DNA of 52,336 bases from Saprolegnia diclina VS20. Taxonomy: Eukaryota. The stretch is taken from positions 870,371 through 922,706 of the forward strand of contig NW_008246068.1 in assembly GCF_000281045.1 (NCBI RefSeq). Direction: 5' to 3'. The position numbers and the translations under genes were made by a program. Positions 34,731 to 45,462 of the stretch are shown here, in pieces; the stretch's first letter is position 1, and the number at the start of each line of letters is the position of its first letter. The notes beneath the pieces were generated by a model. It was not told the origin of the DNA and did no database searches. It was given only the letters and a program-made list of their open reading frames with translations.

Positions 34731-35972
34731 TCATGCGAGCAAACCGGCGCGTTGCAGCGCGCGGTGGGCTCCACAAGCATGCTTCTTCAATCGAGGGTCG
34801 ACGATGGATTCCCATTCTTGGATGAGCGCCAGAACGGCGCCCGCGCCGTCGGCGTTGGCGAGCTCCTCATAGTACAAGGGGCAGAGGATCTCGAGGATGT
34901 GCAGACTCTCGCGCTGCAGGTCCGAGGCGATGTCGGCGCCGCCGGCCGCCATCGTCATGATGACTTGCCACCCATCGCAGTTGATGAACGCGCGCCGGCA
35001 CTCGGGGTCGTCGCAGAGCCGCGCGAGCGCAAACGACGTGCACTGGACAATCTTCTTGTCCGAGGACGTCGTGAGGCGCACGAGGTGGGGCACGAGCGCA
35101 GCCATGATGTCCTTGTACTGCGGCGTCGTCGCCAGCGAGATGCTCGCCAGCACGCCCTGGAGCTGCACGTCGCTGTGCTTGCTCGTGAGCATCTCGTGAA
35201 GGGACCGGACCGCGTCCTTGACGTGGAGGTCGGTGGGCGATGCGGTCGTCGACGGGACATTGAGTGGCGCCGGACGCTTGTGCTTGAGCGGCTTTGTCGC
35301 TCCTTGACCACTGAGGAGCTGCTGCTTCTTGCATGCGTCGACGGCCTCGCCGTACATGTCCATCATGCTCACGATATCGCCGTCCCGACGCTGAAACTCG
35401 ACCACGAGCTCGGCGCCGGCTTTGAAGAGCGTCACGTTCAGTTGGACGCGGCTCGTGCCGAGGACGCGCGAGACCTTCCACTTGCCCTTCTCAGCCTTGA
35501 AGACAAAGTCGGCGCCCATGTCCATGAGCTTCTGACCGATCGTCATGCAGAGGCGCTGGAGGCTCGTGCCTTTGACGTGAAAGTGCGAGTGCATCTCAAG
35601 GCGGAACGGCGGCGGTGGCAGCGCTTTCACCACCGTCTTGCCATAGTTGGTCGGGTCGACCATCGCAATGCGCGGCTCCGACGGCGTGTGAGCCTGGCGC
35701 GGCTTGGCGCGCGCGCTAAACGGCGCCGGTGCGGCCATCGTGAACGCCGGCGCGTGGTGCATGTGGCCAAGACCCGGGCCAAACTGCTGCGGCATGGCCA
35801 TGGCCGCGATCGACCGGTACTCGATCTTGTCGTCGGCTTCGTCGAGGACGCTCGGGACATGCGGCCGCGCCGACGTCGTCGTCGTCTTGGCCTCGTCCTT
35901 GGCTTCCTCGTCCTCGAGCTGCTTCTTCTTGGCCTGCTCGTCGGCGTCCGTCGTTGCGTCCCGGCGGTCCAT
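34731..35972 (-). CDS. Conserved hypothetical protein with KA1-like middle domain and C-terminal ARM/HEAT-like helices (413 aa)
   Basis: Strong coding bias; PPPFRLEMHSHF...LVVEFQRRDGD, then helical repeats (VQLQGVLASISLA, IVQCTSFALARLC, LQRESLHILEIL). CCAAT motif TCTGATTGGCCAAAA at 36089-36103. Confidence 0.75.
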   Translation of the reverse strand: MDRRDATTDADEQAKKKQLEDEEAKDEAKTTTTSARPHVPSVLDEADDKIEYRSIAAMAMPQQFGPGLGHMHHAPAFTMAAPAPFSARAKPRQAHTPSEPRIAMVDPTNYGKTVVKALPPPPFRLEMHSHFHVKGTSLQRLCMTIGQKLMDMGADFVFKAEKGKWKVSRVLGTSRVQLNVTLFKAGAELVVEFQRRDGDIVSMMDMYGEAVDACKKQQLLSGQGATKPLKHKRPAPLNVPSTTASPTDLHVKDAVRSLHEMLTSKHSDVQLQGVLASISLATTPQYKDIMAALVPHLVRLTTSSDKKIVQCTSFALARLCDDPECRRAFINCDGWQVIMTMAAGGADIASDLQRESLHILEILCPLYYEELANADGAGAVLALIQEWESIVDPRLKKHACGAHRALQRAGLLA

Positions 35973-37441
35973 CGTTGGTTGCAAAATCCAAAATGGCCAT
36001 ACAAAAGGCGAGGTCCATTTCTACAGCGTGACGCCATACAAACAGCCAGTCTAAGCGCTGGCCACTTGCCGTCTGCTTTTTCGAGCCATCTGATTGGCCA
36101 AAAAAGCGTTTCTTATCCAACTGGCTGGAATCATATTTTTCGACGGAACGTTCGCCGCGCCTTCCGGTCCCGTGCGTCCACGGATTCCTCTTGGCATGTG
36201 TATACCATACAAACACACTGTGTCGCGGTCAGAGACCACGGCATACGCCGCGCAAGTGCGCGCCTCGTCGCGCCATCCAAAGCTAAACCCACCCAACTTC
36301 ACCCCTGCTGGCATCGTCGTGGGCAACCGCTAGCGGCCAACCGATAGCAGATCTTCGACGCAAAACCCACGTCGTCAACATGGTGGTTGAGAGTCGTTCG
36401 AGTCCTTTGGCGTAGCGTGTAACGCGCTCGCACTCGCTCTTGCTTTCTTCATAGCGTGACGCCAGCGAGTGGCTTCATTCCTTCGATTCACACGGTGTTG
36501 GCATTTGTGGCAAATAGCCAGCTGCACAAAACCTGCCACCGACCACCTGTGTGTGCCAGACGCGCGCCATCGTCTCGGCCAACACGGCTTGTCCCGGGCA
36601 GCTTGGGCGTCCGCAAAGGCATCGATTAGGTGACGGCCCACTCTTCGCCGCGAACGGGTTGGGTGCACGACTCGGCTCGGTCGTTGTATGGCGCCCTGAA
36701 TGGCGACGACAACGAACAGTCGGGGCGGTGGCGCCAAGTTGCGTGATATTAGTCGATCGCGTCCGCGAAACGCTCGCCGTTTCTATATTGCCGTTTGGCA
36801 GACAGGCGGCGCTTCGAAACGAAGACGTTCGTCTTCCCAACGTTGTGGGCACGCCTCGGGTGGTCGCGGTTGCGCCGGAAGATCCTTTGCTACCGTCGCA
36901 TGTGAGTCTGGCCAGAGAGTGGACTTCTCCGCTTCTCCGCTTCCGCGCGTCTTCCGGGGTTGACGACAGAGAACTGCGTCATATCACTGCAGTGTACCAA
37001 CCAAGCACGCCTGCCTACGTGGCACGCGCACAGCGCGCGAGAGCCATCTCGTACCGGTACAAATGGTCGTCGCGATGGCCCATCGCCCTCCTGTGCCTAC
37101 CGCAGGAATGGGATCGGGTTGAGCGGGCGACAGCGTGCTACTTCAACCACACAGAACCAACGGTCCACAGCAATCAGCGACGACGACATATCGCAGCACA
37201 GCAAGGTACCGTGCTGGTTCTGTGCCACCACATTTGCAGATCATATATTGTGTGCGACTTCATTCGCAGCCACATCCGTTGCCCCATCGGCCCTGAAATA
37301 CGGGACTCTCATGTCGCCGCCTGTGCCCTTCCGACGACCATATTCTTTCAGCTAACGAGAGCGTACTCGGCTCGTTGAGCATAGAATACATGATGACGTT
37401 AACCGCGTCACCAAAGGTACAGACAATAGCGTGCACAACGA

Positions 37442-39916
37442 CTAGGCTGGGGCGACGAGCACATCCGTTTCGAGGCGCGTCGCGTACGAAGCAAGAACCT
37501 CGGCGGCGACCGCGAGCTTGGGCGACGCGGGGTCTTCGTCGCAGTAAAAGAGGAGCGTCTGGAGGCACAGATTCTCATTGTGGATCTGGTTGTTCTCTTG
37601 GGTCTCGCGCCAGTCTGGATCAAATTGCGGACACTGGGGCCCGACGCCCGAGAAGCCGAGCGTGCGCACCAGGTGTGTCCAGATCTCGCGAAAGAGGAGG
37701 CCGATCGCACCAAAGTCCAGATGCAAATAGCGGTCCCACTCGGCGTCCATCGTGCGCTGGAGGTCTCGCATCGACGGCAGCTTCTCGTTGCGCATCACCG
37801 GCGCCTCCATGTACGTGGCGAGGCGGTACGCGCGGCTGAGGTGCTCGGGCTCCGTCACATTCAGCGTCCGGCCCTTTCGCTGCATCTTTGCATGCGCCTT
37901 TTGAAACTTGCTCCGGCGGTCCTTGCTGTCGCGGTGCGCAGTCTTGGCGTCCACCTCGCCGGCTTGGTTGCGGGAGCTCGCAGCCACGACCGGTGCATCC
38001 TTGGCTTCGTAGCCCCACGCGAGAAGGTGCGCCTTGAGGAACCCACCGGGCGCGTTGGGGCGACTGCCGGCCCACACCGACTTGCCCTGTTCAAAGAGGT
38101 CGGCGAGCATGTCGAGCACCGGTACGGGCGCAACGTGATCGCGAATACGGAGCGCGTTGTAGAGGTGGAGCACCAAGCGGCCTTGGCCAATGTCGTCCAA
38201 GAGGAAAATGCCCGTGTCGAGGCCCAGCGTCATCGTGGTCATGAGCACATGCTGGCCGGCCATCCACGGGTTGAGCCACGCGCGTGCGACCTCGTTCTCG
38301 GTAAAGCCAGGGTACGTGGTCGCGATACGAAGCGTATTGCCGAGCCAGGCCACCGTGACGTTGAGGTTGCGCTTCGTGTGCGGCGGTGAAAAGAGCTCGC
38401 CGGGCGACTCCTTGAACGTCTGCAGGTGCTGGAGCACACGGCGCATCGCGTCCGTCGCGTACGCCCCGACGCTGGCCACGGTTACCGCGTCCGAGGGGGG
38501 TCCTTGGACCGCCAAAATCGACTCGAGCAGGCACTGCGCCGCAAATACAAACGGAAGCGTGACCACTTGCGTCGTCTCGTACTCCTTGACGAGCTTGTGG
38601 AATGGCATAAAGTCGTCTTGGTGGTCAATCTTGAACGCGCGCTCGTCGAGCACTTGATGCAAGAGCGGCGGCAGGACGTCGGCGAGGAGCGTCTGGAACA
38701 AGGCCTTGCGCGTCGGCGCCGACTGCCTACTCTCGTCCCAAGTGGGGCCAAAGAAGCCGTCCCGGCAAATGAGCCGCGTCCCTGGCTGCAGTGCATCCAA
38801 GAGGCCCACGAGCAGCAAATGCAAGTCGAGGAGGTTGTCATTGTCGTCTTCGTCGAGGTGGTTTGTGTAGAAGAGCGCCGACCCACGGTTTACGAGATCG
38901 ATCGGCATGACGCTCTGGAGCACCGAGTCGGCCTCGGACGCGGATACCTTGAGCTTTTGCATGACGATGCGGAGAATGCCGTCGTACTTGCGGGGCACGG
39001 CCGCTCAGCGCGAGAGCACAATGACCTCGACCATGCGCTCCAGCGGCACGTTGTACTGGAGCGTGATCGGCTCGAGCATGCCGTGGTCGCCAAGAAGCAC
39101 AGCGATCTCGTCCAATGTCTTGAGATACGGGTGCTCGACCTGGAGCTCGCTCGAGAGGGTGCCGACGAGCTTGACACAGGCGTTGGTGACTGCGGTCGCC
39201 GCGACCAGCGTCGTTTTGCCCTGCTTGAAGTCGCGCCACACGGCCTTGACCTCGCCCATGAGCTCATCCATGTCCGAGACAAAGCACCACGCGCGGAACT
39301 TTTCGGCGTCGATGCGCGCGAGGAGCTTGGCGCGCGACGCCTCGGCCCGCGTCGGCTCGACGGGCGGGACGAACGCTGCGACGTCAAACGCCGGCATGTC
39401 GGGCGCGTCGGTATCGTCGTCGTCATCATCGACAGAGAGCGCGTCAAACGTGTTGGAGAGGTTCGTGGCGTCGACGACGGGCGCTGCAGGCGACGGCTGG
39501 CGGGCCTCGACCAACGGCTCGAGCTTGGCCTTGATCGCGCGAAGGAGGTCGAGGAAGTGCACGTGGCCCTCGTCCGGCTCTGAAACCGCTTGGCTCGAGA
39601 GCCACCGGAGGCGGATGCTACGCGTGAGCTGGCGCATGATGCTCGCTGGGACCGGCATCGCCTTGTCCGCGATCTTGACGGCCGCCGCCCAGATCATCGG
39701 CGTCGTCCACTCACCCGCGCTCGCCTTGGCCTTCTTGGCCTTGCCAACCGACGAGCGCTTGAGCCATGCAACGACCGCGTTCGTCGCCGTCTTGTACCGG
39801 TACCACCGACCACACTCGCTATGGCGCCCCATACTTTGCGTTCCGATACATTGTATGGCCTCGGAGCTTTGATGGCCGCTGGCAGACAGCTGGTGCAGCC
39901 AGTTCGCCTCAAACAT
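37442..39916 (-). pseudogene. DUF6604-like gene interrupted by a single in-frame TGA (39005-39007)
   Basis: ORFs 39005-39916 and 37442-38998 share a frame: ...CTC TCG CGC TGA GCG GCC GTG CCC... N-terminal WYRYKTATNAVVAWL, RSIRLR, GHVHFLDLL and NTFDALSV resemble DUF6604. The start may be ATG 39832. Confidence 0.65.
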
Positions 39917-40410
39917 GGGCTTTTTGTCCTAATTAGGTTGAACGGGGCCTTAAATGCGGGCTTTATATCCTAATTAGGCTTAATAAGGCCTCGGCTTGAA
40001 GGTGGCTGCGCTGCCATATCCGCTTGCCAGGTCATGCAGAGGCCACGAAAGGAAAATATGCAGACAGGCGTATGTTTTGTACAGCACTGGTACGCGGGAC
40101 CACACACAACTCGAACGTGCTTTGGCAAGGGTCGCTACGGAACTGAGAGCGAAATCGTGTGGCGTTACCACTCGATGCGCACGCGCCAAGGTATCGCGGT
40201 CCGAACGATGGGCAAGCTACCGTACTGTAGATCTCGTTGCTGGTACACAAGAAAACAATTAGAGTTCATGCGTAGCTGCATCTAACGTTTGAAAGCTTGT
40301 TATTTCGAAGCATATTTCAAACAAGCCGAGAGGTCATGTGTACACTATGACTATATATTGGATAAAAGACACAAATTTCGAGACTACGTGGCGCGCGTCT
40401 CGCTGTCGCC

Positions 40411-41133
40411 TTAGCAGGCGCTGGCGACTTTGGTCGAGTAGTTTGCGTACGGCGTATCGTTCTCGTCGGGCAAGAGCACAGTGGCTTCCTCGTCCTCGCC
40501 GTCTTCGTGCGTCGAGAGGTACCGGAAGGTCCAGTACCCGAGCGAAAACATGAGCGTGAGGCCAATGAAGGGCGAGATGAGGATGATCGTGCTCACAGAG
40601 AGGAGGTAGATGAGCACGATGCGGAAGATCGCGTCCGTGATCATGAACGTGCCCCAGACGATGCAGAGGAAGCGTGAGACCTCGCGGACTTTGGGGTTGG
40701 CCCACTTGGCGTCCATCTCTTCCTTGGATTTGTCGGTGATTTGGCGCCGGAGGCTAAAGAAGAGATCTTCCTTCCATGTCAACGATAGAAAGTGCATCGA
40801 GCCAAAAAAAATCGTCGTGCACGAGTCCTTGGCCATGAGCACACGCGGGTCCGTCGTCAGCGAGAGCAGCACCAGCGAGAAGATCATCGAGAAGATTTGC
40901 ATGAACGAGACCAAGTCCTTCCGGTTGTGCGCAAAGATCTCGTACAATGTCTTGAGCATCGGCGGCACGCCCGAGAGCGCCACGGCGTAAATCTCGGACG
41001 TGTGCGCCTTCATGTAGTTGTAGATGCCAATGGGCAGCGCAATGTTGATGACGACGATGCCAAGGATGTGCCACGTGCGGTCGGCATGCGACTTGGTCGG
41101 CGGGGCGTGCGTCGGCGACTTCATTTTGGACAT
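40411..41133 (-). CDS. VC0807-family-like integral membrane protein (240 aa)
   Basis: About 6 TM segments; INIALP..IY, LSGVPP, DPRVLMAKDS, W..P..R...R.L..VWG; intronless. Confidence 0.7.
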   Translation of the reverse strand: MSKMKSPTHAPPTKSHADRTWHILGIVVINIALPIGIYNYMKAHTSEIYAVALSGVPPMLKTLYEIFAHNRKDLVSFMQIFSMIFSLVLLSLTTDPRVLMAKDSCTTIFFGSMHFLSLTWKEDLFFSLRRQITDKSKEEMDAKWANPKVREVSRFLCIVWGTFMITDAIFRIVLIYLLSVSTIILISPFIGLTLMFSLGYWTFRYLSTHEDGEDEEATVLLPDENDTPYANYSTKVASAC

Positions 41134-42153
41134 TGAATCCGTGAGCTTGACGCGCGTGAAAAGGCAAAGTGACCAGCACTCTGAACGAATGTAGGTCGTT
41201 CAATCCGATCTCGTTGAAGGTCATCTCCTTGAAAACATTAGCAGGTACATTGCGAAACACGACTTTGCAGTCAAATAGTGGGATAAGCTCCCTATTAACA
41301 AGGTCATATGCCATTGCAAAGAGGGAGAGAGCATGTGATGCCCACGTTCACGTCACGCTCGAGTCATTGACACGGATCATGGGCCGAAGTTCTGGACCAT
41401 AAACATCGAAGTAAGCGGTGGTGTAACACAGAGTTCCGCCCGAAGTCGAAGTTGGCGCGGCTGATAAAAGGGTAGTAAGCGCCGTCGTGCACGGCGCTTT
41501 ACCCAAGTCAAGACGCAGCTGAGACGACGTAGCGCCACTCTAGACGCCAAGGTCGACGTCCAACGACCTCTGTCAACTCAGATGGCACTGGATTACGAAG
41601 GGGCTTCAAGAATCGACAAACCCTTCGATAAACTTTGTGGCACCGGCTAAGCTTAGTGGCATCTTATAGGCAGCTTTATAGTGTGCGAGCGCACTTGCTC
41701 GTATCCATTCCCTCAAGCTCCGCACAACCTTCGCCTTTGCAGCGGTCCAACAACTATAGACTCAAGCATCAATGCAGCCGCTCGTAGCTGCCACCCGTGT
41801 CGCCACTGCACAGGTGGTTCCCATCCGAGATGGGAAAGCATCGTCGGATGATCGCGTCGGGTGCGTGTTTACTCGGTTGGGGAAGCTTCTCGGGCCACTT
41901 CCGCCGGGACCAGTGTGGCTCAGTGGGTGGCTCCGACCGGCAGCGCTTCCTCCTGCAATGACGTGTGATCGAAATGTATTGTAGCACTAAGATCGCAGCC
42001 GCGCACGAGCCAATCCAGTAGCGTTGGCGTAGCGTCATGCACCTTGCACAACGAGTATCTATTTGTTGTATCTATCTTTCAAGTCGAGGCCGGATCCTCC
42101 GGATAAGTAGCCTGTAGGATTATCCGGCATCCGTGCAATCTTGCGGCTTTGCG

Positions 42154-42817
42154 ATGCCCAACCAAGTGTCCACGGCGGTCTTCTGGAATATGTTCTACGG
42201 CCGCACGGCGAGCCCGGACGAGTGGTATCTCTCGTTCGAGCACGATGCGATGAAGGCCATGGCGCCCGAGCTGACGGCGCTCGCCGACGGCGCGCTCGTC
42301 CTGCACCTCGGCTGCGGCTGCTCGGCGATCGCAGAGACGCTCGCCGCCGCAACAGGCCGCCGCTTTGTGCTCGCCAACATGGACTTTTCTGGCATTGTGC
42401 TGCAGCAGCTGCAGGCCAAGGAGGCAGGCGCTACGAACTCGCTCGTGGAGTTTCAGCAGATGGACGCGCGTCACGTGTCGTACCGATCGGCGACGGTCGA
42501 CTATATTGTGGACAAGGGCACGCTCGACAGGTACACACACGAATGACACGTGCAATGAGACAGTGTACCATGGGCGAGCTAGCATTCTGTCCGACTCGAC
42601 CAAGGTGGACGCCAACAGCCGCCTTGTGACGAGCGAGCTCTGCCGCGTGCTCCGACCTGGCGGCAAGGTGCTCAGCGTCTCGACGTTCCACAGCGAGACC
42701 CGGTTGCGCTGCTTGGCACACCCAGGTTGGCGCGTCGAGTGCAAGGTGATTCCCACGACGCCGTACGAGTACCCGGACCAGCCCGAGTGTTATTTATACG
42801 TCATGACCAAGCTGTAA
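42154..42817 (+). CDS. SAM-dependent methyltransferase (EEF1AKMT4/METTL13-N-like)
   Basis: FWNMFY...DEWY, VLHLGCGCS, NMDFS, QMDAR, IVDKGTLD|SIL (intron 42531-42582), RVLRPGG. Confidence 0.85.
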
Positions 42818-42922
42818 TACCGCGTCAATTCATTCACGTCACCACCGTACCCATGCATGTGGATCGATCTGCGGTGACAACATGTACACTACATTCACGC
42901 CACCCCGACTAGAACCACCAGC

Positions 42923-42938
42923 ATATATATATATATAT
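42923..42938. repeat. (AT)8 microsatellite
   Basis: ATATATATATATATAT between two convergent 3' ends. Confidence 0.9.
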
Positions 42939-43087
42939 GAATATCCTTTATCTTGGTTCACAGCGACTTCGCCCACGGAGAGACTCGCAAGCTCCCTTGT
43001 CTCCAAGCGCTCGCCGAGCATGGCCTCAAAAAAGTCTCTTAAACTCGTAGCGAGCGCGTAGTTTGTAGCTTCAGTAGTTAGTTTGTA

Positions 43088-44695
43088 TTAGTGGTCGTAA
43101 TAGCCATAGCCGTCTTCAAACAGGTCGTCGTCGTCGTCGCCGTAGGTTCCTTGATCGTCCGACAAATCGGATCGAATGCGCCATGCGATTGGAAACCACT
43201 CGGTGGTCGCCGCCGCCTCGCGGTCGGCTTGCGTCGTGCAGCCCGCGAGGCTCAAGTTGTCAAACACGAGCTTGTGCCCGATGTGCAACGCGCGGCGCGT
43301 CGCCTTTCTCGCGCCCCGTCGTTGCGGATCGCGGGCCGCCAGAAAGGCCAACACGTCCATGTGCCCGCCGCGCGCCGCCCAGTACAGTGCTCGAAACGTA
43401 CAGCCGTCGTTGGTCGGGTGGGTGTATAAGAAGCGGACGATCTCGAGGTGACCGGCCGCGGCGGCCCAATCGATCGCGCGCGTCGTGCCGCCTTCGGACC
43501 GATGCGTCTTGAGGAATTGCACCATGGCGCCGTGGCCACGGTGCGCGGCGCGGTCGAGCGCGTTGGGCGTGCAGCCGTCGGACCGGCGCTCGTGCAAGAA
43601 GAGTACGATGGCCATGTGATTGTTGCGCGCAGCGGCGTCGAGGATACGCGGCCCAAACCCGCGCTGGGCAGCGGGGTGCGCATGCAGAAACGTAATCACA
43701 TCCAAGTGCCCGTGCGCGGCCGCGCCGATCATGGCCGACGAGGGCACGCTGCCTGCCGCTGGACTGGACAAGAGAAGCGCGAGCATGTCGAGGCGACCAT
43801 ATGCAGCCGCATACGTGAGCGCGGTCTCGGAGATCTCGATGGCTTGACTAAAGTGCGTGACCACATATGTGAGCACGTTCAAGTGGCCTCGGAGCACGGC
43901 AGCTTCGATGTCGTACGCCTGAAACGAGAAATGGTCGCCGTAGACCCGCCGCACATGGTCTGCAACGTCAACGTGGCCGTTTGCCAATGCCAAGAGCAAG
44001 GCGTTGGCCGTGCAGCCCTCGGACCGATGGTCGCCGAGCCACTGCACCATGCGCAAATCGCCAGCGAACGCAGCGTGGTCCATTGCGTCCGTCGTGCACG
44101 CCGTCGAACCTGCGTCGTGGAGAAGCTTGAGCACATCCAGATGTCCGTGGTACGCGGCAACGTCCATGGCAAGGCCGTCGCGGCCATGCAGATGCTGGAT
44201 CTGGCCGAGATCGACCTCGGTACTGGCTTGGAGGTGGCGAAGAAGTGTCACGTGACCGCCCGCAATCGCCGCGTGCGCAAGTGCGACAGGATGCGCCAAA
44301 AGCGCCGTGAGCTCATCGAGCCACATGTGCTGCATCGGTACATGATCAATGTCAAGGACGCGCACCATGGCCCGGGCGCCGCTTCCATCGTGGCCGTCGG
44401 CATAGTCGACCCGGTACGCTACCTCGTTGTAGTCGGATCGGCGTTTGACGTGCTCGTACATGCGACGCGACGTGATGAGGCGAAACGACTGGCAAAGACC
44501 TCCATGCGGCGGGAGACGTGGCAGCGCCGGAAGGTCGCCATCCCAGTCGCACCGAAAGACGTCTTGCCACACGGCGAGCGCAGTCGCGTCGGTCAAGGTG
44601 GCCGGAAGGTACCCATGCAGGAGCTGCGTGAGTGGCCCGGCGTAGGCGGCGATGACGTCATGGAGCACCTCGACGTCGTCCCAGCTCGGTGCCAT
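43088..44695 (-). CDS. Ankyrin-repeat protein of the oomycete-expanded GCTxxAMDxAAxxGHL type (535 aa)
   Basis: More than 10 repeats, e.g. AMDVAAYHGHLDVLKLLH, CTTDAMDHAAFAGDL, HRSEGCT. ATG 44695 is preceded by CCAAT motifs at 44742-44757 and 44776-44790. Confidence 0.9.
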   Translation of the reverse strand: MAPSWDDVEVLHDVIAAYAGPLTQLLHGYLPATLTDATALAVWQDVFRCDWDGDLPALPRLPPHGGLCQSFRLITSRRMYEHVKRRSDYNEVAYRVDYADGHDGSGARAMVRVLDIDHVPMQHMWLDELTALLAHPVALAHAAIAGGHVTLLRHLQASTEVDLGQIQHLHGRDGLAMDVAAYHGHLDVLKLLHDAGSTACTTDAMDHAAFAGDLRMVQWLGDHRSEGCTANALLLALANGHVDVADHVRRVYGDHFSFQAYDIEAAVLRGHLNVLTYVVTHFSQAIEISETALTYAAAYGRLDMLALLLSSPAAGSVPSSAMIGAAAHGHLDVITFLHAHPAAQRGFGPRILDAAARNNHMAIVLFLHERRSDGCTPNALDRAAHRGHGAMVQFLKTHRSEGGTTRAIDWAAAAGHLEIVRFLYTHPTNDGCTFRALYWAARGGHMDVLAFLAARDPQRRGARKATRRALHIGHKLVFDNLSLAGCTTQADREAAATTEWFPIAWRIRSDLSDDQGTYGDDDDDLFEDGYGYYDH

Positions 44696-45462
44696 CGCTC
44701 CCGCAACAATCCAATGACAGTCTGTCGCTCGCTTGATAGAATTTTTCCACCAATCAAGCGATTTCACAATGTCGATTTCAGCCAATGAAAATGCGTGGAT
44801 ATTAAAGAGTATAGTTAACGTTCCGCTCGGCTGCACTGCACTTGGGCGATGACTTCGACGCGCACACCAGATTCGCTTGACGCACGACGAGCTCGCATGT
44901 CCAACGAGTCCATGTGCTGGTAGCTGACGACGCGCCAGCCTGTAGTCATCAGCGTGTTCGGATGTGATCGGTGGGCGACCTTCATTTAGGATTAATCCTC
45001 GTGTTGAAGATGACGCCAGGAATCTTGTCGTCATCACGTCCATGCATGTTCGCCCTACGGCGCCGCAAGGGTACGTCAAGCTCGCATCCAATAGCTTCAC
45101 GCGTAGGACACGAGGGTAGAACACTACTGTGTTGGGTGTTGGTGTATTCTCTTGTCCATTCACCGGAGCTAACGTGTCCGGAATGTTCGGTAGAGGTTAG
45201 CGAACACAAGTAGTGGTGACCTTCAGTTGCATCTCCGTCGTTTGGTAAGCGCACCTCTATCGCTACTACTTAGAGTCCTGCAAGCGCTGAACATGGCTCT
45301 CGAGTGCGGACTTCTTGGGACTCTCACGAGGTCTCTGTGATAACGTCGTGGCCTGTCCATTTCGACTCCATGTGTCCCACGGGACATGTCCTAATTAGGA
45401 CACGTGGCGTTACCACGCTGACAACGCATCGCATCACATTCACCAAATCCCTGTGTCAACGC

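Noticed and set aside
34644..36347. 567-aa plus ORF
   Set aside because: Antisense shadow of the 34731-35972 gene.
36551..37378. 275-aa plus ORF with HIAAQQG (ankyrin-like word)
   Set aside because: Single motif, non-ATG start and no repeat periodicity; cannot be supported without a search.
42099..42127. CCGGATAA...TTATCCGG inverted repeat resembling a bacterial REP
   Set aside because: Only an 8-bp stem, single copy, in a eukaryotic promoter; probably chance.
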